Positions 43,351 to 57,762 of a stretch of 64,000 nucleotides of DNA are shown here, piece by piece. The stretch comes from Azolla caroliniana (Eukaryota > Plantae > Polypodiophyta): contig JBHGNT010000043.1 of the NCBI GenBank assembly GCA_043228905.1, forward strand, positions 148,410 through 212,409, read 5' to 3'. The notes beneath the pieces are model-generated. The model did no database searches and had not been told where the DNA came from. It was given only the letters and a program-made list of their open reading frames with translations. Within the stretch, counting starts at the first letter, position 1. Every line of letters begins with the position of its first letter. A program made the translations under genes and the position numbers.

Positions 43351-46300
43351 ATCCGACATTACACAAGCCACATATGAATATTTTAATTTACTCACGCGCT
43401 CTTCTCAACCACGTCCCCAAATTTGGTAATTTCGTCATGTCTCTCGACCTGAGTTTCAAAATCTTGATTTTTTAAATCCATATCATAGCTAGCGTTGTTA
43501 GCTTCGATTCGGAGGTTTGAACACTAAAATCCGACATTACACGAGCCACATATGAATATTTTAATTTACTCACGCGCTCTTCTCAACTCCCTCCTCAAAT
43601 TTGCTAATTTCGTCATGTCTCTCTACCTGAGTTTCAAAATCTTGATTTTTTAATTCCATATCATAGCTAGCGTTGTTAGTTTCGATTTGCATGTTTGAAC
43701 ACAAAAATCCGATATCACACGAGCCACGTATGAACATTTTAATTTAGCTACTAGCTCTTCTCAACCACCTCCTCAAATTTGGTAATTTCTTCATGTCTCT
43801 CGACCTGAGTTTCAAAATCTTGATTTTTTAATTCTATATCATAGCTAGCGTTGTTAGTTTCGATTGGCATGTTTGAACACAAAAATCCGATATCACACGA
43901 GCCACGTATGAACATTTTAATTTACTCACGCGCTCTTCTCAACTCCCTCCTCAAATTTGCTAATTTCGTCATGTCTCTCTACCTGAGTTTCAAAATCTTG
44001 ATTTTTTAATTCGATATCATAGCTAGCGTTGTTAGTTTCGATATGCATGGTTGAACACAGAAATCCGATATCACACGAGCCACGTATGAACATTTTAATT
44101 TACTCACGCGCTCTTCTCAACCACCTCCTCAAATTTGCTAATTTCGTCATGTCTCTCGTCCTAAGTTTCAAAATCTTGATTTTCTAAATCCATATCATAG
44201 CTAGCGTTGTTAGCTTCTATTAAGAGGTTTGAACACTAAAATCCGACATCACACGAGCCACATATGAACATTTTAATTTACTCACGCGCTCTTCTCAACC
44301 ACGTCCTCAAATTTGGTAATTTCGTCATGTCTCTCGACCTGAGTTTCAAAATCTTGATTTTTTAAATCCATATCATAGCTAGCGTTGTTAGCTTCGATTC
44401 GGAGGTTTGAACACTAAAATCCGACATTACACAAGCCACATATGAATATTTTAATTTACTCACGCGCTCTTCTAAACCACCTCCCCAAATTTGGTAATTT
44501 CGTCATGTCTCTCGACCTGAGTTTCAAAATATTGATTTTCTAAATCCATATCATAGCTAGCGTTGTTAGCTTCGATTCGGAGGTTTGAACACTAAAATCC
44601 GACATTACACGAGCCACATATGAATATTTTAATTTACTCACGCGCTCTTCTCAACCACCTCCTCAAATTTGGTAATTTCGTCGTGTCTCTCGACCTGAGT
44701 TTCAAGATCTTGATTTTTTAATTCTATATCATAGCTAGCCTTGTTAGCTTCGATTCGCATGTTTGAACACAAAAATCCGATATCACACGAGCCACGTATG
44801 AACATTTTAATTTACTCACGCGCTCTTCTCAACTCCCTCCTCAAATTTGCTAATTTCGTCATGTCTCTCGACCTGAGTTTCAAAATCTTGATTTTTTAAT
44901 TCCATATCATAACTAGCGTTGTTAGCTTCGATTTGCTTGTTTGAACACAAAAATCCGATATCACACGAGCCACGTCTGAACATTTTAATTTAGCTACTAG
45001 CTCTTCTCAACCACCTCCTCAAATTTGGTAATTTCTTCATGTCTCTCGACCTGAGTTTCAAAATCTTGATTTTTTAATTTTATATCATAGCTAGCGTTGT
45101 TAGCTTCGATTCGCATATTTGAACACAAAAATCCGATATCACACGAGCCACGTATGAACATTTTAATTTACTCACGCGCTCTTCTCAACTCCCTCCTCAA
45201 ATTTGCTAAATTCGTCATGTCTCTCTACCTGAGTTTCAAAATCTTGATTTTCTAATTGCATATCATGGCTAGCGTTTTTAGTTTCGATTTGCAAGTTTGA
45301 ACACAAAAATCCGATATCACACGAGCCACGTATGAACATTTTAATATAGCTACTAGCTCTTCTCAACCACCTCCTCAAATTTGGTAATTTCGTCATGTCT
45401 CTCGACCTGAGTGTCAAAATCTTGATTTTTTAAATCCATATCATAGCTAGCGTTGTTAGCTTCGATTCGGAGGTTTGAACACTAAAATCCGATATCACAC
45501 GAGCCACATATGAACATTTTAATTTACTCACGCGCTCTTCTCAACCACCTCCTCAAATTTGGTAATTTCGTCGTGTCTCTCGACCTGAGTTTCAAGATCT
45601 TCATTTTTTAATTCTATATCATAGCTAGCGTTGTTAGCTTCGATTTGCATGTTTGAACACAAAAATCCGATATCACACGAGCCACGTATGAACATTTTAA
45701 TTTACTCACGCGCTCTTCTCAACTCCCTCCTCAAATTTGCTAATTTCGTCATGTCTCTCTACCTGAGTTTCAAAATCTTGATTTTCTAATTGCATATCAT
45801 GGCTAGCGTTTTTAGTTTCGATTTGCAAGTTTGAACACAAAAATCCGATATCACACGAGCCACGTATGAACATTTTAATATAGCTACTAGCTCTTCTCAA
45901 CCACCTCCTCAAATTTGGTAATTTCGTCATGTCTCTCGACCTGAGTGTCAAAATCTTGATTTTTTAAATCCATATCATAGCTAGCGTTGTTAGCTTCGAT
46001 TCGGAGGTTTGAACACTAAAATCCGACATTACACAAGCCACATATGAATATTTTAATTTACTCACGCGCTCTTCTCAACCACGTCCCCAAATTTGGTAAT
46101 TTCGTCATGTCTCTCGACCTGAGTTTCAAAATCTTGATTTTTTAAATCCATATCATAGCTAGCGTTGTTAGCTTCGATTCGGAGGTTTGAACACTAAAAT
46201 CCGACATTACACGAGCCACATATGAATATTTTAATTTACTCACGCGCTCTTCTCAACTCCCTCCTCAAATTTGCTAATTTCGTCATGTCTCTCTACCTGA

Positions 46301-49300
46301 GTTTCAAAATCTTGATTTTTTAATTCCATATCATAGCTAGCGTTGTTAGTTTCGATTTGCATGTTTGAACACAAAAATCCGATATCACACGAGCCACGTA
46401 TGAACATTTTAATTTAGCTACTAGCTCTTCTCAACCACCTCCTCAAATTTGGTAATTTCTTCATGTCTCTCGACCTGAGTTTCAAAATCTTGATTTTTTA
46501 ATTCTATATCATAGCTAGCGTTGTTAGTTTCGATTGGCATGTTTGAACACAAAAATCCGATATCACACGAGCCACGTATGAACATTTTAATTTACTCACG
46601 CGCTCTTCTCAACTCCCTCCTCAAATTTGCTAATTTCGTCATGTCTCTCTACCTGAGTTTCAAAATCTTGATTTTTTAATTCGATATCATAGCTAGCGTT
46701 GTTAGTTTCGATATGCATGGTTGAACACAGAAATCCGATATCACACGAGCCACGTATGAACATTTTAATTTACTCACGCGCTCTTCTCAACCACCTCCTC
46801 AAATTTGCTAATTTCGTCATGTCTCTCGTCCTAAGTTTCAAAATCTTGATTTTCTAAATCCATATCATAGCTAGCGTTGTTAGCTTCTATTAAGAGGTTT
46901 GAACACTAAAATCCGACATCACACGAGCCACATATGAACATTTTAATTTACTCACGCGCTCTTCTCAACCACGTCCTCAAATTTGGTAATTTCGTCATGT
47001 CTCTCGACCTGAGTTTCAAAATCTTGATTTTTTAAATCCATATCATAGCTAGCGTTGTTAGCTTCGATTCGGAGGTTTGAACACTAAAATCCGACATTAC
47101 ACAAGCCACATATGAATATTTTAATTTACTCACGCGCTCTTCTAAACCACCTCCCCAAATTTGGTAATTTCGTCATGTCTCTCGACCTGAGTTTCAAAAT
47201 ATTGATTTTCTAAATCCATATCATAGCTAGCGTTGTTAGCTTCGATTCGGAGGTTTGAACACTAAAATCCGACATTACACGAGCCACATATGAATATTTT
47301 AATTTACTCACGCGCTCTTCTCAACCACCTCCTCAAATTTGGTAATTTCGTCGTGTCTCTCGACCTGAGTTTCAAGATCTTGATTTTTTAATTCTATATC
47401 ATAGCTAGCCTTGTTAGCTTCGATTCGCATGTTTGAACACAAAAATCCGATATCACACGAGCCACGTATGAACATTTTAATTTACTCACGCGCTCTTCTC
47501 AACTCCCTCCTCAAATTTGCTAATTTCGTCATGTCTCTCGACCTGAGTTTCAAAATCTTGATTTTTTAATTCCATATCATAACTAGCGTTGTTAGCTTCG
47601 ATTTGCTTGTTTGAACACAAAAATCCGATATCACACGAGCCACGTCTGAACATTTTAATTTAGCTACTAGCTCTTCTCAACCACCTCCTCAAATTTGGTA
47701 ATTTCTTCATGTCTCTCGACCTGAGTTTCAAAATCTTGATTTTTTAATTTTATATCATAGCTAGCGTTGTTAGCTTCGATTCGCATATTTGAACACAAAA
47801 ATCCGATATCACACGAGCCACGTATGAACATTTTAATTTACTCACGCGCTCTTCTCAACTCCCTCCTCAAATTTGCTAAATTCGTCATGTCTCTCTACCT
47901 GAGTTTCAAAATCTTGATTTTCTAATTGCATATCATGGCTAGCGTTTTTAGTTTCGATTTGCAAGTTTGAACACAAAAATCCGATATCACACGAGCCACG
48001 TATGAACATTTTAATATAGCTACTAGCTCTTCTCAACCACCTCCTCAAATTTGGTAATTTCGTCATGTCTCTCGACCTGAGTGTCAAAATCTTGATTTTT
48101 TAAATCCATATCATAGCTAGCGTTGTTAGCTTCGATTCGGAGGTTTGAACACTAAAATCCGATATCACACGAGCCACATATGAACATTTTAATTTACTCA
48201 CGCGCTCTTCTCAACCACCTCCTCAAATTTGGTAATTTCGTCGTGTCTCTCGACCTGAGTTTCAAGATCTTCATTTTTTAATTCTATATCATAGCTAGCG
48301 TTGTTAGCTTCGATTTGCATGTTTGAACACAAAAATCCGATATCACACGAGCCACGTATGAACATTTTAATTTACTCACGCGCTCTTCTCAACCACCTCC
48401 TCAAATTTGGTAATTTCGTCATGTCTCTCGACCTGAGTTTCAAAATCTTGATTTTCTAAATCCATATCATAGCTAGCGTTGTTAGCTTCGATTTGCAAGT
48501 TTGAACACAAAAATCCGATATCACACGAGCCACGTATGAACATTTTAATATAGCTACTAGCTCTTCTCAACCACCTCCTCAAATTTGGTAATTTCGTCAT
48601 GTCTCTCGACCTGAGTGTCAAAATCTTGATTTTTTAAATCCATATCATAGCTAGCGTTGTTAGCTTCGATTCGGAGGTTTGAACACTAAAATCCGACATT
48701 ACACAAGCCACATATGAATATTTTAATTTACTCACGCGCTCTTCTCAACCACGTCCCCAAATTTGGTAATTTCGTCATGTCTCTCGACCTGAGTTTCAAA
48801 ATCTTGATTTTTTAAATCCATATCATAGCTAGCGTTGTTAGCTTCGATTCGGAGGTTTGAACACTAAAATCCGACATTACACGAGCCACATATGAATATT
48901 TTAATTTACTCACGCGCTCTTCTCAACTCCCTCCTCAAATTTGCTAATTTCGTCATGTCTCTCTACCTGAGTTTCAAAATCTTGATTTTTTAATTCCATA
49001 TCATAGCTAGCGTTGTTAGTTTCGATTTGCATGTTTGAACACAAAAATCCGATATCACACGAGCCACGTATGAACATTTTAATTTAGCTACTAGCTCTTC
49101 TCAACCACCTCCTCAAATTTGGTAATTTCTTCATGTCTCTCGACCTGAGTTTCAAAATCTTGATTTTTTAATTCTATATCATAGCTAGCGTTGTTAGTTT
49201 CGATTGGCATGTTTGAACACAAAAATCCGATATCACACGAGCCACGTATGAACATTTTAATTTACTCACGCGCTCTTCTCAACTCCCTCCTCAAATTTGC

Positions 49301-50549
49301 TAATTTCGTCATGTCTCTCTACCTGAGTTTCAAAATCTTGATTTTTTAATTCGATATCATAGCTAGCGTTGTTAGTTTCGATATGCATGGTTGAACACAG
49401 AAATCCGATATCACACGAGCCACGTATGAACATTTTAATTTACTCACGCGCTCTTCTCAACCACCTCCTCAAATTTGCTAATTTCGTCATGTCTCTCGTC
49501 CTAAGTTTCAAAATCTTGATTTTCTAAATCCATATCATAGCTAGCGTTGTTAGCTTCTATTAAGAGGTTTGAACACTAAAATCCGACATCACACGAGCCA
49601 CATATGAACATTTTAATTTACTCACGCGCTCTTCTCAACCACGTCCTCAAATTTGGTAATTTCGTCATGTCTCTCGACCTGAGTTTCAAAATCTTGATTT
49701 TTTAAATCCATATCATAGCTAGCGTTGTTAGCTTCGATTCGGAGGTTTGAACACTAAAATCCGACATTACACAAGCCACATATGAATATTTTAATTTACT
49801 CACGCGCTCTTCTAAACCACCTCCCCAAATTTGGTAATTTCGTCATGTCTCTCGACCTGAGTTTCAAAATATTGATTTTCTAAATCCATATCATAGCTAG
49901 CGTTGTTAGCTTCGATTCGGAGGTTTGAACACTAAAATCCGACATTACACGAGCCACATATGAATATTTTAATTTACTCACGCGCTCTTCTCAACCACCT
50001 CCTCAAATTTGGTAATTTCGTCGTGTCTCTCGACCTGAGTTTCAAGATCTTGATTTTTTAATTCTATATCATAGCTAGCCTTGTTAGCTTCGATTCGCAT
50101 GTTTGAACACAAAAATCCGATATCACACGAGCCACGTATGAACATTTTAATTTACTCACGCGCTCTTCTCAACTCCCTCCTCAAATTTGCTAATTTCGTC
50201 ATGTCTCTCGACCTGAGTTTCAAAATCTTGATTTTTTAATTCCATATCATAACTAGCGTTGTTAGCTTCGATTTGCTTGTTTGAACACAAAAATCCGATA
50301 TCACACGAGCCACGTCTGAACATTTTAATTTAGCTACTAGCTCTTCTCAACCACCTCCTCAAATTTGGTAATTTCTTCATGTCTCTCGACCTGAGTTTCA
50401 AAATCTTGATTTTTTAATTTTATATCATAGCTAGCGTTGTTAGCTTCGATTCGCATATTTGAACACAAAAATCCGATATCACACGAGCCACGTATGAACA
50501 TTTTAATTTACTCACGCGCTCTTCTCAACTCCCTCCTCAAATTTGCTAA
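43000..50549 (+). repeat. 15-monomer (2670 bp) higher-order repeat, ~2.8 copies
   Basis: CACGTCTGAA occurs at 44971/47641/50311 and ATAGCTAGCCTTG at 44731/47401/50071. CTCGTCCTAAG and AAATATTG also recur at exactly +2670 twice. Confidence 0.92.
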
Positions 50550-51001
50550 TTTCGTCATGTCTCTCGACCTGAGTTTCAAAATCTTGATTTTTTAATTCTA
50601 TATCATAGATAGCGTTGTTAGCTTCGATTCGCATGTTTGAACACAAAAATCCGATATCACACGAGCCAGGTATCAACATTTTAATTTAGCTACTAGCTCT
50701 TCTCAACCACCTCCTCAAATTTGGTAATTTCGTCATGTCTCTCGACCTGAGTTTCAAAATCTTGATTTTTTAAATCCATATCATAGCTAGCGTTGTTAGC
50801 TTCGATTCGGAGGTTTGAACACTAAAATCCGACATTACACGAGCCACATATGAATATTTTAATTTACTCACGCGCTCTTCTCAACTCCCTCCTCAAATTT
50901 GCTAATTTCGTCATGTCTCTCTACCTGAGTTTCAAAATCTTGATTTTTTAATTCCATATCATAGCTAGCGTTGTTAGTTTCGATTTGCATGTTTGAACAC
51001 A

Positions 51002-54000
51002 AAAATCCGATATCACACGAGCCACGTATGAACATTAAAATCCGACATTACACGAGCCACATATGAATATTTTAATTTACTCACGCGCTCTTCTCAACCA
51101 CCTCCTCAAATTTGGTAATTTCGTCGTGTCTCTCGACCTGAGTTTCAAGATCTTGATTTTTTAATTCTATATCATAGCTAGCGTTGTTAGCTTCGATTCG
51201 CATGTTTGAACACAAAAATCCGATATCACACGAGCCACGTATGAACATTTTAATTTACCCACGCGCTCTTCTCAACCACCTCCTCAAATTTGGTAATTTC
51301 GTCATGTCTCTCGACCTGAGTTTCAAAATCTTGATTTTTTAAATCCATATCATAGCTAGCGTTGTTAGCTTCGATTCGGAGGTTTGAACACTAAAATCCG
51401 ACATTACACAAGCCACATATGAATATTTTAATTTACTCACGCGCTCTTCTCAACCACCTCCCCAAATTTGGTAATTTCGTCATGTCTCTCGACCTGAGTT
51501 TCAAAATCTTGATTTTTTAAATCCATATCATAGCTAGCGTTGTTAGCTTCGATTCGGAGGTTTGAACACTAAAATCCGACATTACACGAGCCACATATGA
51601 ATATTTTAATTTACTCACGCGCTCTTCTCAACTCCCTCCTCAAATTTGCTAATTTCGTCATGTCTCTCTACCTGAGTTTCAAAATCTTGATTTTTTAATT
51701 CCATATCATAGCTAGCGTTGTTAGTTTCGATTTGCATGTTTGAACACAAAAATCCGATATCACACGAGCCACGTATGAACATTTTAATTTAGCTACTAGC
51801 TCTTCTCAACCACCTCCTCAAATTTGGTAATTTCTTCATGTCTCTCGACCTGAGTTTCAAAATCTTGATTTTTTAATTCTATATCATAGCTAGCGTTGTT
51901 AGTTTCGATTGGCATGTTTGAACACAAAAATCCGATATCACACGAGCCACGTATGAACATTTTAATTTACTCACGCGCTCTTCTCAACTCCCTCCTCAAA
52001 TTTGCTAATTTCGTCATGTCTCTCTACCTGAGTTTCAAAATCTTGATTTTTTAATTCGATATCATAGCTAGCGTTGTTAGTTTCGATATGCATGGTTGAA
52101 CACAGAAATCCGATATCACACGAGCCACGTATGAACATTTTAATTTACTCACGCGCTCTTCTCAACCACCTCCTCAAATTTGCTAATTTCGTCATGTCTC
52201 TCGACCTAAGTTTCAAAATCTTGATTTTCTAAATCCATATCATAGCTAGCGTTGTTAGCTTCTATTAAGAGGTTTGAACACTAAAATCCGACATCACACG
52301 AGCCACATATGAACATTTTAATTTACTCACGCGCTCTTCTCAACCACGTCCTCAAATTTGGTAATTTCGTCATGTCTCTCGACCTGAGTTTCAAAATCTT
52401 GATTTTTTAAATCCATATCATAGCTAGCGTTGTTAGCTTCGATTCGGAGGTTTGAACACTAAAATCCGACATTACACAAGCCACATATGAATATTTTAAT
52501 TTACTCACGCGCTCTTCTAAACCACCTCCCCAAATTTGGTAATTTCGTCATGTCTCTCGACCTGAGTTTCAAAATCTTGATTTTCTAAATCCATATCATA
52601 GCTAGCGTTGTTAGCTTCGATTCGGAGGTTTGAACACTAAAATCCGACATTACACGAGCCACATATGAATATTTTAATTTACTCACGCGCTCTTCTCAAC
52701 TCCCTCCTCAAATTTGCTAATTTCGTCATGTCTCTCTACCTGAGTTTCAAAATCTTGATTTTTTAATTCCATATCATAGCTACCGTTGTTAGTTTCGATT
52801 TGCATGTTTGAACACAAAAATCCGATATCACACGAGCCACGTATGAACATTTTAATTTAGCTACTAGCTCTTCTCAACCACCTCCTCAAATTTGGTAATT
52901 TCTTCATGTCTCTCGACCTGAGTTTCAAAATCTTGCTTTTTTAATTCTATATCATAGCTAGCGTTGTTAGTTTCGATTTGCATGTTTGAACACAAAAATC
53001 CGATATCACACGAGCCACGTATGAACATTTTAATTTAGCTACTAGCTCTTCTCAACCACCTCCTCAAATTTGGTAATTTCTTCATGTCTCTCGACCTGAG
53101 TTTCAAAATCTTGATTTTTTAATTTTATATCATAGCTAGCGTTGTTAGCTTCGATTCGGAGGTTTGAACACAAAAATCCGATATCACACGAGCCACGTAT
53201 GAACATTAAAATCCGACATTACACGAGCCACATATGAATATTTTAATTTACTCACGCGCTCTTCTCAACCACCTCCTCAAATTTGGTAATTTCGTCGTGT
53301 CTCTCGACCTGAGTTTCAAGATCTTGATTTTTTAATTCTATATCATAGCTAGCGTTGTTAGCTTCGATTCGCATGTTTGAACACAAAAATCCGATATCAC
53401 ACGAGCCACGTATGAACATTTTAATTTACCCACGCGCTCTTCTCAACCACCTCCTCAAATTTGGTAATTTCGTCATGTCTCTCGACCTGAGTTTCAAAAT
53501 CTTGATTTTTTAAATCCATATCATAGCTAGCGTTGTTAGCTTCGATTCGGAGGTTTGAACACTAAAATCCGACATTACACAAGCCACATATGAATATTTT
53601 AATTTACTCACGCGCTCTTCTCAACCACCTCCCCAAATTTGGTAATTTCGTCATGTCTCTCGACTTGAGTTTCAAAATCTTGATTTTTTAAATCCATATC
53701 ATAGCTAGCGTTGTTAGCTTCGATTCGGAGGTTTGAACACTAAAATCCGACATTACACGAGCCACATATGAATATTTTAATTTACTCACGCGCTCTTCTC
53801 AACTCCCTCCTCAAATTTGCTAATTTCGTCATGTCTCTCTACCTGAGTTTCAAAATCTTGATTTTTTAATTCCATATCATAGCTAGCGTTGTTAGTTTCG
53901 ATTTGCATGTTTGAACACAAAAATCCGATATCACACGAGCCACGTATGAACATTTTAATTTAGCTACTAGCTCTTCTCAACCACCTCCTCAAATTTGGTA

Positions 54001-57000
54001 ATTTCTTCATGTCTCTCGACCTGAGTTTCAAAATCTTGATTTTTTAATTCTATATCATAGCTAGCGTTGTTAGTTTCGATTGGCATGTTTGAACACAAAA
54101 ATCCGATATCACACGAGCCACGTATGAACATTTTAATTTACTCACGCGCTCTTCTCAACTCCCTCCTCAAATTTGCTAATTTCGTCATGTCTCTCTACCT
54201 GAGTTTCAAAATCTTGATTTTTTAATTCGATATCATAGCTAGCGTTGTTAGTTTCGATATGCATGGTTGAACACAGAAATCCGATATCACACGAGCCACG
54301 TATGAACATTTTAATTTACTCACGCGCTCTTCTCAACCACCTCCTCAAATTTGCTAATTTCGTCATGTCTCTCGACCTAAGTTTCAAAATCTTGATTTTC
54401 TAAATCCATATCATAGCTAGCGTTGTTAGCTTCTATTAAGAGGTTTGAACACTAAAATCCGACATCACACGAGCCACATATGAACATTTTAATTTACTCA
54501 CGCGCTCTTCTCAACCACGTCCTCAAATTTGGTAATTTCGTCATGTCTCTCGACCTGAGTTTCAAAATCTTGATTTTTTAAATCCATATCATAGCTAGCG
54601 TTGTTAGCTTCGATTCGGAGGTTTGAACACTAAAATCCGACATTACACGAGCCACATATGAACATTTTAATTTACTCACGCGCTCTTCTCAACCACCTCC
54701 TCAAATTTGCTAATTTCGTCGTGTCTCTCGACCTGAGTTTCAAAATCTTGATTTTTTAATTCCATGTCATAGCTAGCGTTGTTAGTTTCGATTTGCATGT
54801 TTGAACACAAAAATCCGATATCACACGAGCCACGTATGAACATTTTAATTTAGGTACTAGCTCTTCTCAACCACCTCCTCAAATTTGGTAATTTCTTCAT
54901 GTCTCTCGACCTGAGTTTCAAAATCTTGATTTTTTAATTCTATATCATAGCTAGCGTTGTTAGTTACGATTTGCATGTTTGAACACAAAAATCCGATATC
55001 ACACGAGCCACGTATGAACATTTTAATTTAGCTACTAGCTCTTCTCAACCACCTCCTCAAATTTGGTAATTTCTTCATGTCTCTTGACCTGAGTTTCAAA
55101 ATCTTGATTTTTTAATTTTATATCATAGCTAGCGTTGTTAGCTTCGATTCGGAGGTTTGAACACAAAAATCCGGTATCACACGAGCCACGTATGAACATT
55201 AAAATCCGACATTACACGAGCCACATATGAACATTTTAATTTACCCACGCGCTCTTCTCAACCACCTCCTCAAATTTGGTAATTTCGTCATGTCTCTCGA
55301 CCTGAGTTTCAAAATCTTGATTTTTTAAATCCATATAATAGCTAGCGTTGTTAGCCTCGATTCGGAGGTTTGAACACTAAAATCCGACATTACACGAGCC
55401 ACATATGAATATTTTAATTTACTCACGCGCTCTTCTCAACTCCCTCCTCAAATTTGCTAATTTCGTCATGTCTCTCTACCTGAGTTTCAAAATCTTGATT
55501 TTTTAATTCCATATCATAGGTAGCGTTGTTAGTTTCGATTTGCATGTTTGAACACAAAAATCCGATATCACACGAGCCAGGTATGAACATTTTAATTTAG
55601 CTACTAGGTCTTCTCAACCACCTCCTCAAATTTGGTAATTTCGTCATGTCTGTCGACCTGAGTTTCAAAATCTTGATTCTTTAATTCGATATCATAGCTA
55701 GCTTTGTTAGCTTCGATTCGCATGTTTGAACACAAAAATCCGATATCACACGAGCCACGTATGAACATTTTAATTTAGCTACTAGCTCTTCTCAACCACC
55801 TCCTCAAATTTGGTAATTTCTTCATGTCTCTCGACCTGAGTTTCAAAATCTTGATTTTTTAATTCTATATCATAGCTAGCGTTGTTAGTTTCGATTGGCA
55901 TGTTTGAACACAAAAATCCGATATCACACGAGCCACGTATGAACATTTTAATTTACTCACGCGCTCTTCTCAACTGCCTCCTCAAATTTGCTAATTTCGT
56001 CATGTCTCTCTACCTGAGTTTCAAAATCTTGATTTTTTAATTCGATATCATAGCTAGCGTTGTTAGTTTCGATATGCATGGTTGAACACAGAAATCCGAT
56101 ATCACACGAGCCACGTATGAACATTTTAATTTACTCACGCGCTCTTCTCAACCACCTCCTCAAATTTGCTAATTTCGTCATGTCTCTCGACCTAAGTTTC
56201 AAAATCTTGATTTTCTAAATCCATATCATAGCTAGCGTTGTTAGCTTCTATTAAGAGGTTTGAACACTAAAATCCGACATCACACGAGCCACATATGAAC
56301 ATTTTAATTTACTCACGCGCTCTTCTCAACCACGTCCTCAAATTTGGTAATTTCGTCATGTCTCTCGACCTGAGTTTCAAAATCTTGATTTTTTAAATCC
56401 ATATCATAGCTAGCGTTGTTAGCTTCGATTCGGAGGTTTGAACACTAAAATCCGACATCACACGAGCCACATATGAACATTTTAATTTACTCACGCGCTC
56501 TTCTCAACCACCTCCTCAAATTTGGTAATTTCGTCGTGTCTCTCGACCTGAGTTTCAAGATCTTGATTTTTTAATTCTATATCATAGCTAGCGTTGTTAG
56601 CTTTGATTGGCATGTTTGAACACAAAAATCCGATATCACACGAGCCACGTATGAACATTTTAATTTACTCACGCGCTCTTCTCAACTCCCTCCTCAAATT
56701 TGCTAATTTCGTCATGTCTCTCTACCTGAGTTTCAAAATCTTGATTTTTTAATTCGATATCATAGCTAGCGGTGTTAGTTTCGATATGCATGGTTGAACA
56801 CAGAAATCCGATATCACACGAGCCACGTATGAACATTTTAATTTACTCACGCGCTCTTCTCAACCACCTCCTCAAATTTGCTAATTTCGTCATGTCTCTC
56901 GACCTAAGTTTCAAAATCTTGATTTTCTAAATCCATATCATAGCTAGCGTTGTTAGCTTCTATTAAGAGGTTTGAACACTAAAATCCGACATCACACGAG

Positions 57001-57762
57001 CCACATATGAACATTTTAATTTACTCACGCGCTCTTCTCAACCACGTCCTCAAATTTGGTAATTTCGTCATGTCTCTCGACCTGAGTTTCAAAATCTTGA
57101 TTTTTTAAATCCATATCATAGCTAGCGTTGTTAGCTTCGATTCGGAGGTTTGAACACTAAAATCCGACATTACACGAGCCACATATGAACATTTTAATTT
57201 ACTCACGCGCTCTTCTCAACCACCTCCTCAAATTTGCTAATTTCGTCGTGTCTCTCGACCTGAGTTTCAAAATCTTGATTTTTTAATTCCATATCATAGC
57301 TAGCGTTGTTAGTTTCGATTTGCATGTTTGAACACAAAAATCCGATATCACACGAGCCACGTATGAACATTTTAATTTAGCTACTAGCTCTTCTCAACCA
57401 CCTCCTCAAATTTGGTAATTTCTTCATGTCTCTCGACCTGAGTTTCAAAATCTTGATTTTTTAATTCTATATCATAGCTAGCGTTGTTAGTTTCGATTTG
57501 CATGTTTGAACACAAAAGTCCGATATCACACGAGCCACGTATGAACATTTTAATTTAGCTACTAGCTCTTCTCAACCACCTCCTCAAATTTGGTAATTTC
57601 TTCATGTCTCTCGACCTGAGTTTCAAAATCTTGATTTTTTAATTTTATATCATAGCTAGCGTTGTTAGCTTCGATTCGGAGGTTTGAACACAAAAATCCG
57701 ATATCACACGAGCCACGTATGAACATTAAAATCCGACATTACACGAGCCACATATGAATATT
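51002..57762 (+). repeat. Variable 11-14-monomer units each marked by a 35-bp truncated monomer
   Basis: The junction GAACATT|AAAATCCGAC occurs at 51037, 53208, 55201 and 57728. Spacings are 2171, 1993 and 2527 bp, equal to 12, 11 and 14 x178 plus 35. Confidence 0.9.
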
